The position numbers were made by a program, and so were the translations under genes. A model generated the notes under the pieces. The model was not told the origin of the DNA. It did no database searches and was given only the letters and a program-made list of their open reading frames with translations. DNA of 64,000 nucleotides from Tepidisphaera sp. (GTDB taxonomy: Bacteria > Planctomycetota > Phycisphaerae > Phycisphaerales > UBA1924): assembly GCA_050916045.1 (NCBI GenBank), contig CP051526.1, positions 1,952,001 through 2,016,000 on the forward strand, in the 5' to 3' direction. Positions 58,585 to 64,000 of this stretch are shown in pieces. Each line of letters starts with the position of its first letter. Position 1 is the stretch's first letter.

Positions 58585-58755
58585 CCTCCCTCGCCCCGTT
58601 CTGCTCTGAGAACGCGGAGAGGTGCCCGAAGGGCGGTGAGGGGTCTTCGATGGACTCCCAAACCTCCGCGCCCCCACCCCCCGCGCACAACATCCCCAAA
58701 CGCGAGCCGGGGCGTATCGCCCCGCCATTTCCCCCGCCCCCACGGGGCGACACGC
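58585..58755. repeat. Composite palindromic repeat, copy B
   Basis: cctccctcgccccgt...ggagaggtgcccgaagggcggtgaggggtcttcgatggac matches 56782-56863; gcccccacggggcgacacgc matches 56953-56972. Confidence 0.8.
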
Positions 58756-58771
58756 AACTCTCGACACCCCC

Positions 58772-58893
58772 TGCCATTCTGGCACCCCCTCCCCCCTCCC
58801 GCGCCCCGCTGACACCACCACCATCCCCGCCGAACCCTCACCCGCCCACTTCCCAAGCATCCACGCCGCCCGCCGCTCCGGCACGCCATTTGC
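58772..58893 (+). promoter_or_regulatory. Putative sigma54 promoter with upstream palindrome
   Basis: GGCACG-ccat-TTGC (GG-N10-GC) at 58880-58893, and palindrome TGCCA-ttc-TGGCA at 58772-58784. Confidence 0.6.
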
Positions 58894-58908
58894 CACATTG
58901 CTTCTCGG

Positions 58909-59457
58909 ATGGTCAATGCGCGCCGACATCCCGAGCCCGGAAACGACCCGACGCCCCCCTCCGGCACCCCCGGCGGCGCAGGCTCAGGGCATCCCTCCGG
59001 GCCCGCTTCGGGCCGCCTCAATCTCCTCCTCTCCTACGCCGGCTGGGAGTCCTCCTGCTGGGTTGACCACCTCCCCCGCCTTCTCGAGCCCATGGGCGTC
59101 GTCTCCCACCGCGCCGGCACCGGCCGCGAAGCCACCGACGTCCTCACCCACACCCGCATCCACATCGCCATCGTCGACCTCGGCCTCCCCCTCGACCAGT
59201 CCTCCGCCGAGTCCCCGACCGAAGAAGCCGGCTCCCGCCTCCTCGAGCTCCTCTCCCGCCAGCCCGAGCCGCCGCCCACCGTCGTCGTCAAACGCTCCAA
59301 GTCCCACCGCGAAGACCTCCGCGAAATGAACGCCGCCCTTCGCCTGGGCGCCTTCGCCGTCGTCGACCGCCCCCGCAAACCCGCCGACCTCAACCTCATG
59401 CTCGACGTCCTGCGTCGATGCCTCCTCCGTCATTACCGCGGCATGTGGCCCGCGTAA
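58909..59457 (+). CDS. Atypical single-domain response regulator receiver
   Basis: AIVDLGLP and ALRLGAFAVVDRP motifs; the N-terminal acidic pair is missing. Confidence 0.72.
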   Translation: MVNARRHPEPGNDPTPPSGTPGGAGSGHPSGPASGRLNLLLSYAGWESSCWVDHLPRLLEPMGVVSHRAGTGREATDVLTHTRIHIAIVDLGLPLDQSSAESPTEEAGSRLLELLSRQPEPPPTVVVKRSKSHREDLREMNAALRLGAFAVVDRPRKPADLNLMLDVLRRCLLRHYRGMWPA

Positions 59458-59529
59458 GTTCCCGTCCTGACCCGGACCGCCGTTCGCGTTCCGCCGTCTT
59501 TGTTCACGCCTCTTTCGGAGTTTCAAGAA

Positions 59530-59853
59530 ATGGCCAAGCAAGCATCCTCATCGTCCACCACCCTCCTCCGCCCCCTCGGCGACAAGATCCTCATCAAGCG
59601 CGACGAGGCCCAGACCAAAACCTCTACCGGCCTCTTCCTCCCCGAAACCTCCAAAGAAAAGCCGATGACCGCCACCATCGAAGCCGTCGGCACCGGCACC
59701 CTCAATACCGACACCGGCGCCCGCATCCCCCTCTCCGTCAAAAAGGGCGACCGCATCCTCATCACCAAGTGGGCCGGCACCGAGGTCAAACTCAACGACA
59801 AAGAGTTCCTCATCATCAACGAGGACGACATCCTCGCCGTGATCGAGGACTGA
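59530..59853 (+). CDS. groES: Co-chaperonin GroES
   Basis: LRPLGDKILI, GLFLPET.KEKP, AVGTG, VKKGD and EDDILAV motifs. Confidence 0.95.
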   Translation: MAKQASSSSTTLLRPLGDKILIKRDEAQTKTSTGLFLPETSKEKPMTATIEAVGTGTLNTDTGARIPLSVKKGDRILITKWAGTEVKLNDKEFLIINEDDILAVIED

Positions 59854-59857
59854 TCGC

Positions 59858-60123
59858 ATGGACCTTGACGCCCTCCGCTCACTCCTGCAGCACGCGATCG
59901 ATCACGGCGCGGACGCCCGCCTCATCATCGACGGGTGCGACATCCAGATCCTCCCCGCCGCCGTCGAAACCGACGACAAGGGAAACCTGAAAGTCGCCAC
60001 CCGCTCCCCGCTGCTCAGGAACACGCCCAGGGACGCCAAGGACCATCACCACGCGGCCCCCGCCGACGGACTCTGGATCATCAACCCCGCCCGCGTCGCC
60101 GCCGCCTGGATCCACCCCCTCCC

Positions 60124-60127
<4 letters not shown>
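59858..60127 (+). CDS. Small hypothetical protein in the groE operon (paralog 1)
   Basis: Starts 4 nt after the groES stop; ATGA overlap with the next gene. Confidence 0.7.
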
Positions 60128-62050
<1,923 letters not shown>

Positions 62051-62074
62051 ACCCTTCACTCCGCAGTAAACCTC

Positions 62075-62104
62075 GAAGCCCACGGGTTCCAACCCGTGGG
62101 CTTC
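62075..62104. repeat. REP palindrome copy 1 (probably also the groEL terminator)
   Basis: Perfect inverted repeat gaagcccacgggtt-cc-aacccgtgggcttc followed by tttcctt. Confidence 0.88.
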
Positions 62105-62124
62105 TTTCCTTGTACCATGCAACT

Positions 62125-62763
62125 ATGAACGTTCGCATCATCGATGCATGGAACGGCTGGTATCATCTCAACGGCAACACCTACGGCACCTGGATCCGCG
62201 GCGATGAACGCGGCTGGCGTGCCCGCCACCACCGCGAACACGTTGACGGCGACTATCACAACCCGCCCGATCCTTCCGAGCACATCGCTCAACGTGCATT
62301 CTCCAAAGCCCACACCAAAACCCCCGTCCTCCTTTCACCGGAGGCACGACTTGTCGCATGTCACGAGCTCGTCGCGTCGCTCATCCACCAACGGATCGAA
62401 GTGATCGCTTGCGCCATCGACGACCACCACTTCCACCTCCTCGCGAGGTTCATCCTCCCGCCGAAGCCCACGGGTTCCAACCCGTGGGAATGCGGCACCC
62501 ACAACCAACCCCTCTACGCCTACATCCGCCACGTCACCGGACTCGCGAAGTCCCGTTCCTCCCGCGCGGTCTCTTCTCTCCATCTAACCCCCGAAGGCGG
62601 CGTTTGGGCCAAACGCTTCAAGATCACGCCGATCACCGATCGTGCCCACCAACTGAACGCCTTCAACTACATCACCGACCACGCCGCCCGCAGCGCAGCG
62701 CTGTGGACCTACAAAGATCCACCCCCGACCTCACGACTCGTCCCAACCCCCCAACCACCGTAA
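62125..62763 (+). mobile_element. REP-associated tyrosine (Y1/HUH) transposase, RAYT-like
   Basis: YHL..NTYGTWIRGDERG, HUH motif HFHLL, VWAKRF and catalytic-Tyr helix AFNYITDH; flanked by REP palindromes. Confidence 0.85.
62463..62488. repeat. REP palindrome copy 2 (inside the RAYT coding sequence)
   Basis: gaagcccacgggttccaacccgtggg, identical to the first 26 nt of copy 1. Confidence 0.88.
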
Positions 62764-62768
62764 TCAAA

Positions 62769-62800
62769 GAAGCCCACGGGTTCCAACCCGTGGGGCCTTC
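62769..62800. repeat. REP palindrome copy 3
   Basis: gaagcccacgggttccaacccgtggggccttc, starting 5 nt after the RAYT stop. Confidence 0.88.
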
Positions 62801-62880
62801 GCTCCACACCCACGCCCCCCATTCGATTCGCCACGTTTGGACCTGAGTCGTCCCCCGCCACCCGCCTGTACACTGACCCG

Positions 62881-63519
62881 ATGCCCAAGCTGCTTCCCTA
62901 CTCCCGATGGCTGGAACTCGTCGACGTCACCCGCCGTGGCATTCCCAAGCACGGCCAACCCGGATCGGTCGTCTGCGACCACATCCTTGAGCAAGCGATC
63001 AACCTCGCCACGCGCGACCGGTCCAAATCCTCCAAGCCCCGTGCCAACCTCGCTCTCCTCAACGAGCTCGGCTCGGAGCTCATGAACGATGGCGTCGCCG
63101 CAGGCTTGGCATTCAACTCGACCGAACGCATCGATCCCGGCATCACCCTCTTCAAGCACCTCGCAATGCCCAGGACGGTTGCACTCTTCCAATCTGTAGC
63201 GTCGCTCCTGCCTCCGGCGAGCAAACGAACCGCCCGTCACAAGTCCGATTGGTTCGACGATCCCGCTCGGGCCGCCGCACTCGACGCTCTCGAAGCCAAA
63301 GCCGACTCCTGCGAACTGCTGCGCCAAGGCATCTTCCACTTCGCCTTCAGAATCATCGTCGCCTCCCCCGCCGCCTTCTTCGACGATCCCAACGACCTTG
63401 GATTCTCGCATCCTGCATTCACCGCGTCAGACGTTTCGCAATCACAATCCCCCACGAACACCCCTCCTCCAAGCTCGAAGTTCCACGTTCGTACCTTTAG
63501 GGTCAGTTCCGCTCCATAG
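62881..63519 (+). CDS. Hypothetical protein
   Basis: 212-aa ATG-initiated ORF with globular composition; no family recognised. Confidence 0.55.
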   Translation: MPKLLPYSRWLELVDVTRRGIPKHGQPGSVVCDHILEQAINLATRDRSKSSKPRANLALLNELGSELMNDGVAAGLAFNSTERIDPGITLFKHLAMPRTVALFQSVASLLPPASKRTARHKSDWFDDPARAAALDALEAKADSCELLRQGIFHFAFRIIVASPAAFFDDPNDLGFSHPAFTASDVSQSQSPTNTPPPSSKFHVRTFRVSSAP

Positions 63520-63643
63520 AAACAAGCTCCTGGCGGGTGGCACCACTCAGTTCCGACCCGTACCCCCGACCAATCCTGTCCACCCTCCACATTCATCCCC
63601 GGCGGTATCCTTCACCAAGACCCGCGAGCCCACGGTACGACGC

Positions 63644-63910
63644 ATGGATGCACTTCAGCTCTTCAAGCGGCTCGCCTCACGGTATCCAGAAACCAATCCC
63701 AAGATCACTGTACTCCCGACCGGCGCCGCGATGCTCGATCTCGCGGCGCACGGGGTGCGTTACTGCGTGGAGTTCTTCCCCGCATCCGATTCGCTCGGTC
63801 TTTCGAGGGTCGAAGGCTCCTCGCCCTTCTGGGAAGGTGTTGATGAATCGTTCTCATCGCCCGAGGCCCTCGAAGCAAAGATGGCCAATCTGCTGAGAAC
63901 GCAAGAGTGA
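63644..63910 (+). CDS. Small hypothetical protein
   Basis: 88-aa ORF (MDALQLFKRL...) bracketed by 18-bp direct repeats. Confidence 0.55.
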   Translation: MDALQLFKRLASRYPETNPKITVLPTGAAMLDLAAHGVRYCVEFFPASDSLGLSRVEGSSPFWEGVDESFSSPEALEAKMANLLRTQE

Positions 63911-64000
63911 TGGGCGTGTGGCATCACTCAACCCCCCGCGTGCCACCACCCGCCGCTTCGGCGCGTGGTGGGTGCACGTCCAACATCAACGACTCCCCCT

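Overview
High-GC bacterial chromosomal segment, very probably from a Phycisphaerales planctomycete. This is inferred from five GC-type-dockerin-tailed proteins, three PEP-CTERM-like (VPAPG/VPTPG/IPAPG) proteins, two DUF1559-like prepilins and a Planctomycete-type RAYT. The window appears to span the replication terminus: a 28-bp dif site lies at 31053-31080, a xerD-like gene lies about 8 kb away, and by eye the + strand changes from G-rich to strongly C-rich. Housekeeping genes (dusB, guaA, recJ, aroA, xerD, groES/groEL, a second groES, dispersed hutH/hutU/hutG, a hydroxyproline catabolism cluster) are interleaved with accessory genes. The main observations are: (1) an island at about 36.8-43.5 kb headed by a 19-Cys protein ending in PEPPPR, a candidate metal-sensing arrest peptide, followed by an anchor-swapped paralog pair, a prepilin, DJ-1, HMA and YHS genes; (2) a phased 8 x 21-bp array at the island's left edge; (3) single genes bracketed by direct repeats, like cassettes; (4) a RAYT transposase carrying its own REP palindrome in frame inside its coding sequence; (5) a putative sigma54-driven groES-X-Y-groEL operon containing two small paralogous genes. 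No rRNA, tRNA or CRISPR array was recognised. All family assignments come from motif recognition by eye, not from database searches.
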